Positions 25,934-40,599 of a stretch of 64,000 nt of DNA are shown here, one piece after another. The stretch's first letter is position 1; each line of letters begins with the position of its first letter. The notes under the pieces were generated by a model. That model was not told the DNA's origin. It saw nothing but the letters and a program-made list of their open reading frames with translations, and searched no databases. The position numbers and the translations under genes were made by a program. The stretch is from NCBI RefSeq assembly GCF_001194135.2, contig NC_068983.1, positions 140,986,580-141,050,579 on the forward strand, in the 5' to 3' direction. This DNA is from Octopus bimaculoides (Eukaryota).

Positions 25934-25934
25934 C

Positions 25935-25965
<31 letters not shown>

Positions 25966-26028
25966 CATATGTATACTGATGCATACACTCAGACACCTAC
26001 ACACACATACGCACACCTACTTGCACGC

Positions 26029-26062
<34 letters not shown>

Positions 26063-27047
26063 TATTTCATAATTATCGACGGAAGCAGTTCAAAATTGCT
26101 TCAAAATTAGTAATCTGTCTAGATACATGTGTACGTATTGAAAGACTTCGCATCTATGGCATTTGCCTTCACAAAGTATCTCTAATACACATTGAGTGTT
26201 AAAAGGACAGAATAACATCTGCAGCAGATGAAGGTCGCTTTCCGTTGGTGGTGAAATTGCTGGACCTAGATTTCTGAGAATAATATGACCTTTCAAATCG
26301 CTCTGTATCAAATTTAACCTTTTTCTCCTCGAGCTTCCCTTTATCCCTTCCAAAAGAATACTATCCCATAACTGGTTCTGATTCACCTTATTGTGTGGTT
26401 TGATGTAAAAGGGAGCGGCATCTCACGTTGATCATATCTTATTGCTTACGATATGGCAGGAGATACATTGATGTTGAAATTATACAGGGATTAAACTAAA
26501 AAAGAGTAAGTTGTTGAAAATATAAAACCATTTGAACATATTTTTGCAATTATGTTATTCGTAAACATATGTATTCTCTACAATTTTGAAATGACGTCAC
26601 CTTTTACGATAAAATAGTGATATTACATTTTAGCTCCATTGTATTTTTCCGTCTAAATTATTTTATTAAACGATAATCATATATGATTCTCTTTCAGATT
26701 TTATGTGATATCTCTCCAATCATGTATATTCTAAGCTGTTCATGTCTGACAAAATCAAACACTCAGACATATTGAAATATACAGTTTTAATTTTAAAATA
26801 GATTTTCGTTCTGTATGCTTCAGTCATAACAATATTTCTAGAGTTCATCATATCGCCTCTCTCTCTCGCTTTCTTTCTTTCCCTATCTTTCTCCTTCCCT
26901 TTCTCTCTCTTTCTCTCTTTCTCTCTCTCTATCACACACACACAACAGCATACTTTTCATTTGAATTTGCTATGTCTTTGCAAAAGTTCGGTCTCCATAT
27001 ATTTAGTTGTGCCTCTTAGACCAGCAATATCGTTATCGTTTCTCTTT

Positions 27048-27269
27048 GATACAGTTCTACATTTTTGAGATGAGGATCTGTACATTATTTACATTATATA
27101 CGTTGGACGAATATGTGTCCTCATCTTCTTTGTTGTTACCAAAACGTTTCGGCTGATTTACTCTCCAGCTTTCATCGGGTGTCCTCGTAGAATTTTGAGA
27201 CCAACCCTGAATTCCCATTCCTAAGGTACTTTTTTGAAAATATTATTATTATCATTATTATCATTATCA

Positions 27270-27312
<43 letters not shown>

Positions 27313-27404
27313 CATTATTAATATTATTATTCAAGGCACTGCTTGGAAAGGAACTCGCAATCTTGGGATTAGTAGCCCGGGCTCTTAATCATTACGCTAT
27401 ATGC
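27048..27404 (-). mobile_element. tRNA-headed, hammerhead-containing repeat, copy B (expanded AAT linker)
   Basis: Reverse complement reads gcatatagcgtaatgattaagagcccgggctactaatcccaagattgcgagttcc, then ~90 nt of (AAT)n, then acac-CCGATGA-A-AGCTG-gagagtaaat-CAGCC-GAAA-CGTT, then the same 3' body as copy A. Confidence 0.8.
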
Positions 27405-27465
27405 TCTTTAACTTTTATGTATATATATAAACACAAGCGAGAAACGCATGGCCTCGACAGAAAAT

Positions 27466-27574
27466 TCATAGTCCCACTGCGTCGCATCTTGGGCAAGTGT
27501 CTTCTACCATAGCCTCGGACTGACCAAAGCTTTGTGAATGGATTTTGGTGGACGAAAACTGAAAGAAGTCTGTC

Positions 27575-27650
<76 letters not shown>

Positions 27651-27866
27651 ATATGTTTATGTGTCTATGTTTGTCTCCCCACCATCCTTTGACAACCGAT
27701 TTTCGTGTGTTTACGTCCTCGTAGCCTAGCAGTTCTGCAAAATAGACTGATGGAATATGTACTAAGCTTACAAAAAATAAATCCTGGGGTCGATTTGTTC
27801 GACTAAACGCTGTGCTCTAGCATGGCCGCTGTCAAATGACTGAAACAAATAAAAGAATAAAAGAAT
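27466..27866 (+). mobile_element. SINE family B copy
   Basis: atagtcccactgcgtcgcatcttgggcaagtgtcttctacc, microsatellite, then the same tail ending in gaataaaa repeats. Confidence 0.85.
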
Positions 27867-28272
27867 ATATATATACACAGGTGTGTGTGTACGTGCGTGT
27901 ATAATATATGCATATACATATATATGTATGCTATGTATATGTATTATATATACATATATAACACCTATACATATATAGACACATATATTTATTTCCTTTA
28001 CTAGTTTCAGTCATTAGACTTCGGCCATGCCTTTATGTGTTTTAGTAGAACGACTCGACTCCACTGCTTATTTTTAACCCTAGTACTTTTTCCGTCACTC
28101 TATTTTACCGCACAGCTAAGTTACGGATACATACATACATACATACAAAAATAGCCTGTTGTTGCTGGTGAAATGCCAATGAAAGAGCCTTGGATCTTGG
28201 TTAGTAACCGGCACTTTCTCTATTGGAAGAAATCTTGAAATAAAACTGAATAATGACATACATACATGTATG

Positions 28273-28467
<195 letters not shown>

Positions 28468-29049
28468 TACACTAAGAAGTATAACTAAATACCACAAATC
28501 GTTGTTGGAGTATCCGTTTTAGTGACGTCAGGATCGGCTAATTTGTACTAGCATCGAACCTTATAATTTGCGAAAATGAAGTCAAACCAAATAATCATAT
28601 TTTTAAATTTTTTGATATGTACGTTTCAATGGGGTGTAATTTATAACGGGAAATGCATCCATTACATAAGACATTCCTCGGTTAAAACATTTCAAGATAT
28701 TTTGAAATGCATTAACTGAGGAGTGTCCACAAAATGGATGCATTTACTACTATATATTACGCGCACATTAAACGTATTTAAACAGTTGTTCAACTATAAA
28801 TATATATATAAGTTTATTTAAAAGATATGATTATGAAAGTCCCGTGTCGGGAGTCTAATGGATTTAGAAACATTGTAATTCCAAACCAATGCTCTCAATA
28901 TAAGATTTACATAATCAAAAACAATCTTAAGTAGAGCGTTTTTCTACAAGTATATTATGTTGTTACCTACACTAAACTTTCGGTAACTTCATCGTCTTGT
29001 GTAGACCATTATAATAAAGCTATTGAATATAGTAAAACAGTGTTGCAAA

Positions 29050-29251
29050 TGTGTAACAGTTCAAGCATCAAGGGTTTTCACGAAAGGTCTGGTTGGAGGC
29101 CTAACCTCCCGAGTTCTTTTACACGCCTTAAAAATATGCAGAATTGCTGCAAAAAGGGTGTGAATTTGAGAGGGGAATATATTGAATAAAATCATAAATA
29201 ACTGATTCTCCAGGATTTTTTCCCCAAATGCAGGAACTTTTCAACACACTT

Positions 29252-29255
<4 letters not shown>
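29050..29255 (+). mobile_element. Mariner-derived MITE, second copy
   Basis: cgaaaggtctggttggaggcctaacctcccgagttcttttac...gagaggggaatatattgaataaaatc...caggaacttttcaacac aligns to the reverse complement of 13301-13508. Confidence 0.7.
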
Positions 29256-29288
<33 letters not shown>

Positions 29289-29678
29289 GAAATTGCGTGT
29301 ACAAATAAAATGATAAAATGTCTGACTGTCATTCTAATGTTTAGAACTCGCTATATATTATCGTAATCCCATCTGCTTCCTGTGTAGTTGCCAATTAACT
29401 TCTATATTGAGTAGTATAACTAGTTATGAGCAACAGAGCAAATGTAGAAATAATGATAAATGCTAGATTGTAATATAGTTCTTATGTGCACTTCAGCATT
29501 ATGGTTGTTTGGAAATCAGAAATAGTTATTCCAGGTACTCAACCACAGCGTATCGTCAGGGAATAATCCATTGCTTCAATTTTGCAGATACTTGTATCCA
29601 TAATAGTGAAACACACGTAGGAACAGTAATATAAAAATGCGCTTAATTCTTATTTTGCATAATGTGTGTGTGTGTTTC

Positions 29679-29743
<65 letters not shown>

Positions 29744-30917
29744 ATAGCAGTATAATATAAAGAAAACAGAAAGTTTGAATACAGCAAAATCAATTTATTT
29801 ACATAACTGTCGATTATGTAATGCCTACGATCGTTTCAATATCCATCTTTATTTATTTTATAATTAACAATTGCATTATGAATTCAGAAGGAAGAAAAAT
29901 CGAATCTTGTCTTTCTCAATCGCAAAATCAGTACTCCTTAATTTTACTCAGATTGCTTTTAATTTTGGTGTATCGATACAACTCTGAATTTTGATTACGA
30001 TCAACCAATTACTTTATCTCCTAAATTTAAGAATCTGATGTTATTTGGAATTAAAGTTGGGAAATCTGAGTAATTTTAGCCAATCATCAGACAGTGTGGT
30101 ATTAGCAGATTGTTACCATGTCAACAGGACACTGTGTTGCGGTTCACTTCACTGTTGTCTTACTGTTGTTTGTGACTCCGTGGTTTACTTCATTGTTGTC
30201 TGTGACGCACGTTGTTCGATGTTGATTTTTAACAATTGATTCTTCACGCCACGTGATTCTTTATACCAGCGTGTTTTGTTTTAATTTTTCTGTGTTAGCA
30301 TATTACATATTTTTCTGTGCTTCTGTGTGTTAATACTTTTCGGTGCTTTTAGTGTATTTATTCTTATCGTAGTTTACAAATCCAAGCCTGAAAACGTTAC
30401 TTAACTTGAGAATTTTGGAGCCAGACGCCCCTTTTTCACACACACACACACACACTTATATAGTAATGATGTACATAAATACATGACAGGTATACATGAT
30501 ACTGAAATACGCATAAAGTAAACATATGCAGACAAATATATTAATATAACAAATTTAAAAAAACACAAAAAATACAATCAATGAATGAGAAAGACTAAAT
30601 CCAAATGATACACGTTGATTTTATTAGATATTTCTGTTTATTTGCAAACCAACATTGAAAATAGGTATTTCTGTGTATTTACAAACCTACAATGAACAGG
30701 TCAGATGCTAAACTGACACCGCTCCACTAAACGCAGAAAATTTCTGTTTCGCTATTGGCTAAAAATACCCACTTTTTTTCGATATTAAACCTCTGTAACG
30801 TTTTTCTTCGATTTTTTTGCTCCACAACATCAAACCTTCAAAGCAATGAGACTGGAATGCTACATTATTATAGCTAATTTTCAGATTTTTTACTGTCTTC
30901 TTAAGAATGAAAACAGC

Positions 30918-31400
30918 TAGATCCGAAATGTCTTCATGGTCAAAATCGACATATGTATCTTTACATCCTAATAGATTGAGTATCCCTTATAGATAGAAGC
31001 ATGTATTTTTTTGTTTTTGTGTGTGTGTGCGCGTGTGTGTTTGAGTGCATTAGCATTTTCGCCTTTAAGCTTAATTGTCCTATGCATCTTCTATCTCTAT
31101 GGATGTATGTGTGTCAGGTTATTTGTCTTCGGAGTTCTGTTCTAAAAATAGCCAAAATTTAATGTTTGTCGATAGCAGGACAGTGGCTAGCTGCCGTCTT
31201 GGAAAATTTAAAACGGCAGCTAGCCACTGCTCTGCTATCATCAAAGTTTAAATTTTGGCTATTTTTAAAACAGAACTTCAAAGACAAATAGCTTCACACA
31301 CACACACACAAACACACTGTTATCTTAGTCTATAAGGAGCACTGATTCTATTAGGATGTAAAGATGAATATGTCAATTTTGGGCCTGAAGAGATTTCTGC
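30918..31400. repeat. Long imperfect foldback, probably the core of a non-autonomous DNA transposon
   Basis: Inner arms ~31119-31200 and ~31210-31290 pair. Outer arms ~30918-31020 and ~31310-31400 also pair. Confidence 0.85.
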
Positions 31401-31585
31401 CTTATGAACTCATAATGCAATAGTAAATTGTAAAATGAATTAAGGTAGATATTGAAACGATCATAGGCATTACGTAATTGACAGTTATATAAATAAATTG
31501 ATTTTGCTGTATTCAAACTCTCTGCTTTCTGTATATAATACTACTAAATTCATGTTCACATATATCGAATCAGATGCAAACAACA

Positions 31586-31697
31586 ATACAGACTCCAAAA
31601 TGTGTATAGTACTGAAATATTAAACTATACAAAATGTGTATAGTGCTGAAATATTAAACTATACAGACTCCAAAATGTGTATAGTACTGAAATATTT
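31586..31697. repeat. Short minisatellite, ~34-41-bp unit x3
   Basis: caaaatgtgtatagtactgaaatattaaactata repeated. Confidence 0.85.
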
Positions 31698-33009
31698 TCA
31701 AAGCAATAAATCAGTTGCTTCAATATCTCTTTTGAAAGTTTTCATCACAATATAACGATCACACTTTAGACCTTAAACATACGAAGCAAAAATTAAATCT
31801 TCTACGTGCGCTTGCATGCATTTATTTGAGTATCTTTCAGAATTCTGGCTAAACTTACTGTGAGGTTAATTAGCGCCTAATTAGCAAACTTAATTATTGC
31901 TCGAATTTCCATTGATATAATTAGGAAGCACATGTTCCTGTAATCTCTGGTGACTGAAGAAAGAAATACATCATACGTGTTAAATGCATAAAGGTTAATC
32001 AAAAATCTTTCGGCAGCCGTTGTTTCTAGCTTTGTACAAAAGTAAAAGAATGCTTGGAATTGTTGTTTAACAACAATAAAATGGGGTCAATATATTCACA
32101 ATACTTGAACTGGATAATTCAAAACATCTTACTCATGTTCCAATTGTCAAATCTCACAACCTTGCCGAAATTGTAATCGTTTACATGAAATCAAATGTGC
32201 CGCAAATATGTTAATATATCGCTTAAACTGATTAAATTTGAAATACCGGATACAATCCCATATAAATTGATTAAAATTATGAAATAAAGTGCGATCAAAT
32301 GCCAACATTTGTAGGTTTAATTATGGCACATGCTAATGTATATAAGAAATAATTATGGGACATGCAGAATATTTCATTTTTACAACCATACGAACTACAC
32401 TATAGTAACACATAATGTTCGTTCATATGAAACATATTTGATCAAAGAAATTGTCAGGGAAAATATTACTGAATATGATATATCGGACATGATAGTTTTG
32501 TTGACATGTTTGCAAATGTTAGAAAACTATTGCCATTTGTTTGCATATGTTAGAAAACTATTGCAATTTGTGCAAATGTCAACATTTATTCAGGCACCGG
32601 AAAATGTACAAATTTAGCAAGCTTATGCATAGTGCATTCAGATAATTTACAAACGCAAGTAGTACTAACATGTGTGGAGTTAGAAACTTTCTCTTTGGTG
32701 ATTTTAGATAAACTCTACCAGCCATTTCAAAGCTTATAGCTGATGATGACAACTGATCGTATATTTTAAAAGTTTAAGAAAAACATCATTTCTCTACCAG
32801 TTTGAGTGATACATTTAATTGAGATATACAACAACCTAGTTTTCAAACATTTATTCAAAATACGCAGTAGACCACATCCAGCTGACAACATATTGTATAA
32901 GAACCAATCATCGTTATATCACAAGAAACTATTTTCAATGCTTAACTTTTAACCTTTCATAGAATTACAAATAACACAAGTGTCTTTCTAAATCATGCAC
33001 AAACACTAG

Positions 33010-33397
33010 TTTTTGATTGTTTCAGTCACTGGACGACGGTCATACCGAATGAATCAATTCCAGTACATATTTGGGGTCTGGCACTTATTGTATCGGTCTG
33101 TTCTGCTACACCACTTGGTTAAGTGACGTAAACAAACCAACAGCAGTTCTCAAGCTCTAGCATTAACAAAACAAATATACATTCATACACGCACACATGC
33201 ACATTCAAACACACACATACAAATAAATACATATATAGCGTGCTCCCGCACAGTTTCTTTCTACAAAATTCCTTCTCATTGCATTAGTAGTCTCCGGGGT
33301 ATGATACAAAAAAATATTTGCAAAGAGTGCCACAGAATGGGACTGAAACTAAAACTACGTGGATGCAAAGCGAGGTTCATAACCACACAGTCATGGC
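33010..33397 (-). mobile_element. SINE family B, old copy
   Basis: Reverse-complement head (tgactgtgtggttatgaacc...tttcagtcccattctgtggcac) plus a degenerate tail at 33010-33150. Confidence 0.55.
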
Positions 33398-33560
33398 TAA
33401 TTTTTTGGTCACATTGGTCATAAAATGTCGAAAAGAAAAAGTGGCTTTCCGTCATTATAAGAAATTACAAAAATGACGCTAGTAAATCAGTGCAGTATGA
33501 AAAGAACTCAGGCTGCAGTCTGTATCAATAGCCATGTATACGTATATGAGCATGTATGTT

Positions 33561-33608
<48 letters not shown>

Positions 33609-33727
33609 GATGTCATTGCGTGTATATATGTACATAAAATATAGAGACATATAAATGTGTGTATATATATATGTATATATACGCGCGCGCGCATATAGAA
33701 ACAATATACATACATTTATATACATAT

Positions 33728-33766
<39 letters not shown>

Positions 33767-35433
33767 TATATATATATATATGACTCTATGCGCGTGTACA
33801 GTGTCGGATATAAAAATATATCAAGCGTGTGTGCATGAGACAGGAATAAACAAGCTATTAGAAAATATGTTTGCTTCAATAAACTTAAGTTGCTTTTAAT
33901 TTGCCAGTTGCTTTTCAGTTTTTATGACAGTGTTTATTACTTAATTGGTGCTATTTACGGAATACTTTAAAATAGAATGCTATGGTGAGCATATTAGTTT
34001 AAACACATTTATTGATTTCATGCAGATCTAATATAAAGTAACAACTTCGGATTTATTTGGAATATTTAACACTAAAAATGAAAATCATTCCGGATTTTGA
34101 CATACTCGACAGTTAATGTTTTAGCACTTAGAGCTCGAAAATTATTTCCCTAACTGAACACATTCCTCTAATGTAAATTCTTATTACTGATTTCAGCTCT
34201 CGAGAATACAGATAACTTTTCAGAAAATATTTCGGAAGCCTGTTTGCATCCAGCTACTGTCTAGACTGCTTATTATTGGAAAACATGCTTCCATTTTTCA
34301 TGTCATGTAATGGTACAGTGCATAAAGGTAAATTTCTATTGCAGATTTGCTGCTCAATGCCTGTCTAGACTCTACAATTTCTGATGATCTATGAATTTTA
34401 TGGAATATATTTACCTATGATTTTTCGCTTTTCCAGGAACACATCCATTGCTAGAATGAGTCATAAGAGATAATGCCAAGTCTGGCTACAAGTTGATTAT
34501 CACTTGTTCGATGTTTACTTGCTACCACCCCTATTATCTTCCTGAGTATTCTATACTTTCATATTTAGACATTAACGGTCTTTCTTGGAAGAATTGTATT
34601 TGCGCCACTGCTAAATCAGCTGCTATAATGACTCATTCTTTGTATCGAGCTCGACCTTAATTTTCTTATGAATGTGTACTTCGTAAGCTTTTGTATTTTA
34701 TCACATTTGCGTGGCGGATGTTTATGTTGGTGGACTTTCTGTTTTTGAACTAGCTCACAATTAAATTTGTGTTACTACTGGCACTATCCGAAATACTCTA
34801 CTTCTGCAACTCTCCAATCGCTTCTGTATCTCTCTTGTCTATAAATATTTGTATGGTCACTCTTCCCATAAATTTCCATCGTGTTGTGTTTCCTCTGAAT
34901 GTTATTTATCTAATGATTCGACTATCTGTTAACTTTTATGTTTGCACATTTTACTTTCTTCTTTTTCATATAAATATAGTCTTGATTGCTTTAAATTTTA
35001 TTTGCTCTATAATTCTTAGAGTAGCTTTATTTCAATTTTAAATTTTGATTTTCTCTTCCCTATTCGTTTATAACTCACAACTTGCTAAATGATTGCCTGA
35101 TACCTGTTTTACTACTGTTTTACCTTCTACATCCTTGGGAGCGACCTCAACAAAAATCAAACAGGGTATATGATATCACATGAACCACTGGTTGAAAGTA
35201 TTGTCACTGTGGCTGCTCTATGGAAATGTTTAGCAACCGAAAATACTGTTCTTAATTCTCTCTACTCCAACTACGTGTATTTTATTCTTTGTCAAATTAA
35301 ACTAAATATATTTATCAAAATTCTACAAGTCTTGAATCAAGAAAAAGTTCCTTGTGAGAGGAATATAAAAATCGATTTAAACTGATGTTTACTAAATCAT
35401 TTTACTTGCTTTACACAGTGCCATTCACCTAAA

Positions 35434-35538
<105 letters not shown>

Positions 35539-35752
35539 ATCAAAACATTACGATACTGAAGTTTCATAAATTATTTAACAGTCAATTGTTATCAATATTT
35601 ATTTTATAGATTTTTTTAAAGCTTCAAACGTTATCGTCTGAAAACAAACATTAAATATTCGTTCTCTTTGTATATTTTTTTAACATTTATAGACGCAGAC
35701 ATCTTGTGTATGACATTGAAAATAGTTTAAACTATTGAACTGAAACGGTATA

Positions 35753-35815
35753 AAGGCAGTCCCCCAGTTAAGAATGTCCGACTTACGAACATCCATAGTT
35801 ACGAACCGACGACCG
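35753..35815 (+). mobile_element. pogo/Tigger-like terminus
   Basis: aggcagtcccccagttaagaatgtccgacttacgaacatccatagttacgaac, with repeated TTACGAAC subterminal motifs. Confidence 0.45.
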
Positions 35816-36234
35816 TAAACCTTTATAATGTAAAAATTCAATTTGAAAACAATAGTTGGTTTTTAACACAAAAAACTTGTATAGACAAATATTAAGAGAT
35901 GCACACAAAGTTACAAATGTTTCACCAAATGAATCAACCTGTGGTCGAAACAGAACACGTGGATAAATACTTAGGTAGTGTATCACAAAACTTTTACCTC
36001 TCTTTGGAAGTACTTCTGTGCAAAAGATATGAGATACACTTCTGAAAAAGAGGCGCCAACACATATAATTATTTCACTAAAAAATGAAGAATGCTTACTC
36101 ATTCCTTCCTATTCTGAGAAATAAAAAGTGAACATACACGTAAAATATTCTTCGTTAATACAAGATATGCAGAGGCTGATAGCTGTCAGAATTAGCAACG
36201 AAGAATATAAGTGGAGCATGTTATAGGAAAAAAA

Positions 36235-36855
36235 CACTAGAGGAGCAAGTGGTCATTTACTAGTATAAATATGATGCCAATATCCAGTATCCAGAGCTTC
36301 ATCGTTGCTGATGAAGGAACACCTCCCTGGAATCTTACCACCACTGATTGCCTCTGTCCATTCGTGGCAATGTAGGCTCTAGATAGCAGGTGAAATGATC
36401 TCGCTATCTTATCTCTGGCCGGCAGCCTCTTGATCTTGTCCATTGTCTTAGTGTCCATTCCGTCACTCTGATTGTCCATCTGGTTTCCTTCAGTCGCACG
36501 ATGTGGTCTGCCCATCTATAGTTGTTCTTTATGACAGTTCTTATGATGTCATTGACTTCCTGTGCTGTCGAATCCAAGCGTTGGTTCTTTTATTCCGTGA
36601 TGTGATTCCGAACTTGATTCGTTCCATTTTCCGTTGGGCTACAATGAGGTCATTCGTGATGGTAGCGTTGAGAGCCCACGCTCCACTGCTGTAAATCATT
36701 GGCAGGATGTACTCGTTGAAGATTTTTCTTTTAATATTCGTCGAAACCTTCGAACTTCTCATGAAGTTTTCCACCTTCCCAAAGGCCGTATAACTGAGCT
36801 CTAATCTTCTCTTGATTTTTGGGAGGAGATTTCTGGATTTTGTCACCATCTTGTC
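36235..36855 (-). mobile_element. RTE-clade LINE 3' remnant
   Basis: EIKRR-like LLPKIKRRLELSYTAFGKV...KRKIFNEYILPMIYSSGAWAL...VAQRKMERIKFGITSRNKRTNAWIRQ, followed by an R..GRP..RW-like segment. Confidence 0.8.
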
Positions 36856-37904
36856 ACACGTAGTTATCTATCTCTTCTATGACCTTGCTGTTTACATTGA
36901 CGGGCGGAAAAGATGAGGGAGTCATACTCACGAAGACGGTAATGTGGTAATGTGTATAATCTGTAAAATTCACCTCGGTTGCCACCACCTTCAATAAAAC
37001 ATAAAACTTAACGCTACTTTTCTTTAGGCTTGTGTTGTCGATTTTCTGATGATATTGAGGAAATTCTCGTTGATTGGAAGATGCCACCAAGTATATCTTT
37101 TGTCACCCTTCAAAGACATATGTGCCTAAATGCAATGAATGCTTGCATTGCTCACTACTTACAGTCTTTTTCATAGTTTCTACAAGCAGATCTTAGTTAC
37201 CGTGACGTTAATGTTAACAAATGTATCACTGAATTCCGCATGAAAGTACGAATGTACGATATATTGGAAACAACGAAACCCGGCCAGTATATTACTGCTA
37301 GTATTTTATTATTCCTATTTGGTTAAACTCAGAAGACGTTTCAAAGGTAAATAAAAGTCCAAGTGTGTCAGATTCACTTCTCGGTTCTCTCAGACAATTC
37401 TCTCAGTTGCTCTAATACGTCATATAAATACTAGCTTCTAAGTCTGAGAATTTGAAGCATAACAAATACATTTTAGAAAGGGTTTAGATTTCTTCGTGAA
37501 ACATACTCGATTCACTTCTGATTATTATTGAAGACCCCCATACGTCATGCTTGATTGAGTATATTTTCGTGCAAGTCTTTCTTCTACGCATTCGTGACTA
37601 TAATATTACGTAGAATGAAATCATTATGTAAGCTTTCATTTGAGATTTGCAATACTTGGCCTTAAAATATTCTTTAACCGTAAATTCATTGGAAATCTGA
37701 CTTCACACGTGAAAATACATCAAGAAACTCTTGTAAATAATAATATCTGATGTTCTAGAGATTACATTAATCTGCTTATCGTAAGTATAGAATCTGTATA
37801 AAGGACTAATTTTATCCGGTATTTGTCTGGTATTTATTTTATCGAACCCGAAAGAGAACATTTAAATTTGGCCACAACGAGATTATGCCTAATATATTGG
37901 GTTC

Positions 37905-38918
37905 AAATTTTAGCACTAGGCCAGGAATTTTGAGAGAGGGTGCTGGTCAATTACATCGACCCTAGTGTTCAACTGGTACCTAATTTATCGACTCGCGAAA
38001 AGATGAAAAGCAAATCAACTACGGCGGAATTAGAACCCAGAACGTGCAGGCAGACGAAATGACGCTAAGCATTTTGTCCGGCATTCTGCCAGCTCATAGC
38101 CTTATCTTGGATAAAATACTTTTTTTCTTTTCTAGGCACACTGCCCGAAATTTTTGGGGACGTGTCCACTTGATTATATTGACCCCAGTACGCAACTGGT
38201 ACTTAATTTATCGACCCCCAAAGGATGAAAGGCAAAGTCAATCTCGGCGGAATTTGAGCTCAGTATGTAAACAGAGATGAAATACCGCTAAGCATTTTTC
38301 CCGGCGTGCTAAGGTTTCTTATTTTTTTACTGCCCACAAGCGGCTACACACAGAGGGTACAAAAAAGGAGAGACAAACGGATTAACTCGATTATATCGAC
38401 CCTAGTGCGTAACAGGTACTTATTTAATCGACAACGAAAGGATGAAAGGCAAAGTCAACCTCGGCGCGGAATTTGAACTCGGAACGTAGCGGCAGATGAA
38501 ATACCTATTTCTTTACTGCCCACAAGGGGCTACACACAAAGTGGACAAACAAGGACAGACAAATGGATTAAGTCGATTATATCGACCCAGTACGTAACTG
38601 GTATTTAATTTATCGACCCCGAAAGGATGAAAGGCAAAGTCGACCTCGGCGGAATTTGAACTCAGAACGCAGTGGCAGACGAAATACCTATTTCTTTATG
38701 CCCACAAGGGGCTACACACAGAGGGGACAAACAAGGACAGACTAACGGATTAAGTCGATTATATCGACCCCAGTGCGTAATTGGTACTTAATTTATCGAC
38801 CCCGAAAGGATGAAAGGCAAAGTCGACCTCGGCCGAATTTGAACTCAGAACGCAGTGGCAGACGAAATACCGCTAAGCATTTCGCCCGGCGTGCTAACGT
38901 TTCTGCCAGCTCACCGCC
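37905..38918 (-). mobile_element. Tandem cluster of five SINE family A copies, including 183-bp repeated units
   Basis: Full copy at 38689-38918. Identically truncated units at 38506-38688 and ~38321-38505. Further copies at ~38125-38315 and ~37905-38100. Confidence 0.9.
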
Positions 38919-39303
38919 TTGTTATGGGTAATATATTGAAACAGGTTTAATTTTGACTGTTCCTAAAATAAAATGTTTCCCTCTACTCATTCAAACGAAT
39001 CAAAACCATTGGTGCAAATAATAGAAGTGTAATCCATTGATAATACTTTTTTTCTTATTCTAATCTTTATTCTTAATCTATATTTTATAACATAAAGGAA
39101 AATTTGGCTCTGTAGATTATTTGCATACCATTAAGAGTTGCATGTTTTATTTACTAAACTAAAATAACTCTTAATTCAATTTTTATTACAATATAATAAA
39201 TTTATTCCTTTTAGAATTTTCCTTCTGATTTCTTCCAAATTTTTTACTGATTTCTTAAGGATATGATAATCTTCAAATTATAGTTTGAATTGTGTCCTAC
39301 AAA

Positions 39304-39309
<6 letters not shown>

Positions 39310-39367
<58 letters not shown>

Positions 39368-39562
39368 TTGTGTGTCTGTGTTTGTCTGTGTGTCTGTGCT
39401 TGTCCTGCCAACATCGCTTGACATCGATGATGGTGTGTTTACGTCCCATAACTTAGCGGTTCAGCAAAAGAGACCGATAGAATAAGTACCAGGCTTACAA
39501 AGAATAAGTTCTGGGGTCGATTTGCTCGACTAAAGGCGGTGCTCCAGCATGGCCGCAGTCAA
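39310..39562 (+). mobile_element. SINE family B 3' part
   Basis: (TG)n followed by the same tail as 10915-11277. Confidence 0.8.
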
Positions 39563-40599
39563 ATATATATATATATATATATATGCATATGCCAATGGTA
39601 CATAGTTACTGTTTGGGGCCATTTATACAAAGCGCTTATTATGGTTGTTATGTTTGAATGTGAGTATGACAGCTCAACATTTTATTCAAGCGTTCATAAT
39701 AAAAGACGTGCTACTGTATAAAATTTCTCTTTACACAGATTGAAAACCGTCTGTATGCACACGGAGAAATCATTTTCTAACATTATAATTCGTATTAGAA
39801 ATATGAGGTCATATCCTAATACGTTTATATTTAATCTCCAATCACATTTACGGTTTAGATTTTCCACAGGATTAATGCATCTTTGCAGAATTATGGACAG
39901 TTTCAGAAGAAGACATTCGCAATGTCTCCAAAGTACAATTATTAAAAAGTATGATGTTGAAAACTAATTTATTCTGCCTATAATAGTAGAATCCGTGGTT
40001 TCGTTTATTGCTGCAATGATGTCTAAGACAGTGAAAGTTATATAAGAGACATGTTGGAGTATGAGTACATTAGATATCCCAGGTCAAGGAATCGCTGAAT
40101 TATCCCAGGTCAAGGAATCGCTGAAAACGAAATAATATTGTTTCACCACGATCACTGTAATTTCTTATGCATGATGGTGCAGAATCCTGTTGTCATCTAC
40201 CAGTGGAACAACTGGGAATACAACGACCCTATATTTGTTGTCAAATGAATGGAATACTTTAATGTTGCATTTGATATTAAATAATCTTGTCTTCCTCTGC
40301 AGATCTTTGGTTGTTGGTGTTTGTTTTCATCCTGCTCTGCCGATATGTCTTCACTGACGTAATTCTGCTGTTGTGAGTGCTGTTTGTGGCAGTATTTTTG
40401 CTGAGTGTTTTTTTAATGGACTCTTGATTTTCATGATGATTTTCTCTTGGAAGCTTATTTCCATTTGTGCTTCATAGTGTTATTGGTGCATGTTTCGAAT
40501 ATGTTTAGGTAAGAATGCTAACCTCTGGCAAGTTGTTTCGATTTCAGATTGTAATTTAATCAAGTGTGGTTGAATCAATTGCGATGGAAGCATCAATCG

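Noticed and set aside
26090-26386. 98-aa minus-strand ORF; similar orphan frames at 15804-16157 and 42426-42863
   Set aside because: No recognisable motif or convincing splice-site pair. They cannot be distinguished from chance ORFs.
34200-34700. Possible LINE APE endonuclease remnant on the minus strand
   Set aside because: Only weak YSG/GG-like hints amid many stops, which is insufficient to call.
38321-38918. CRISPR-like array
   Set aside because: The units are 183-bp SINE copies without unique spacers, in a eukaryotic context with no cas genes.
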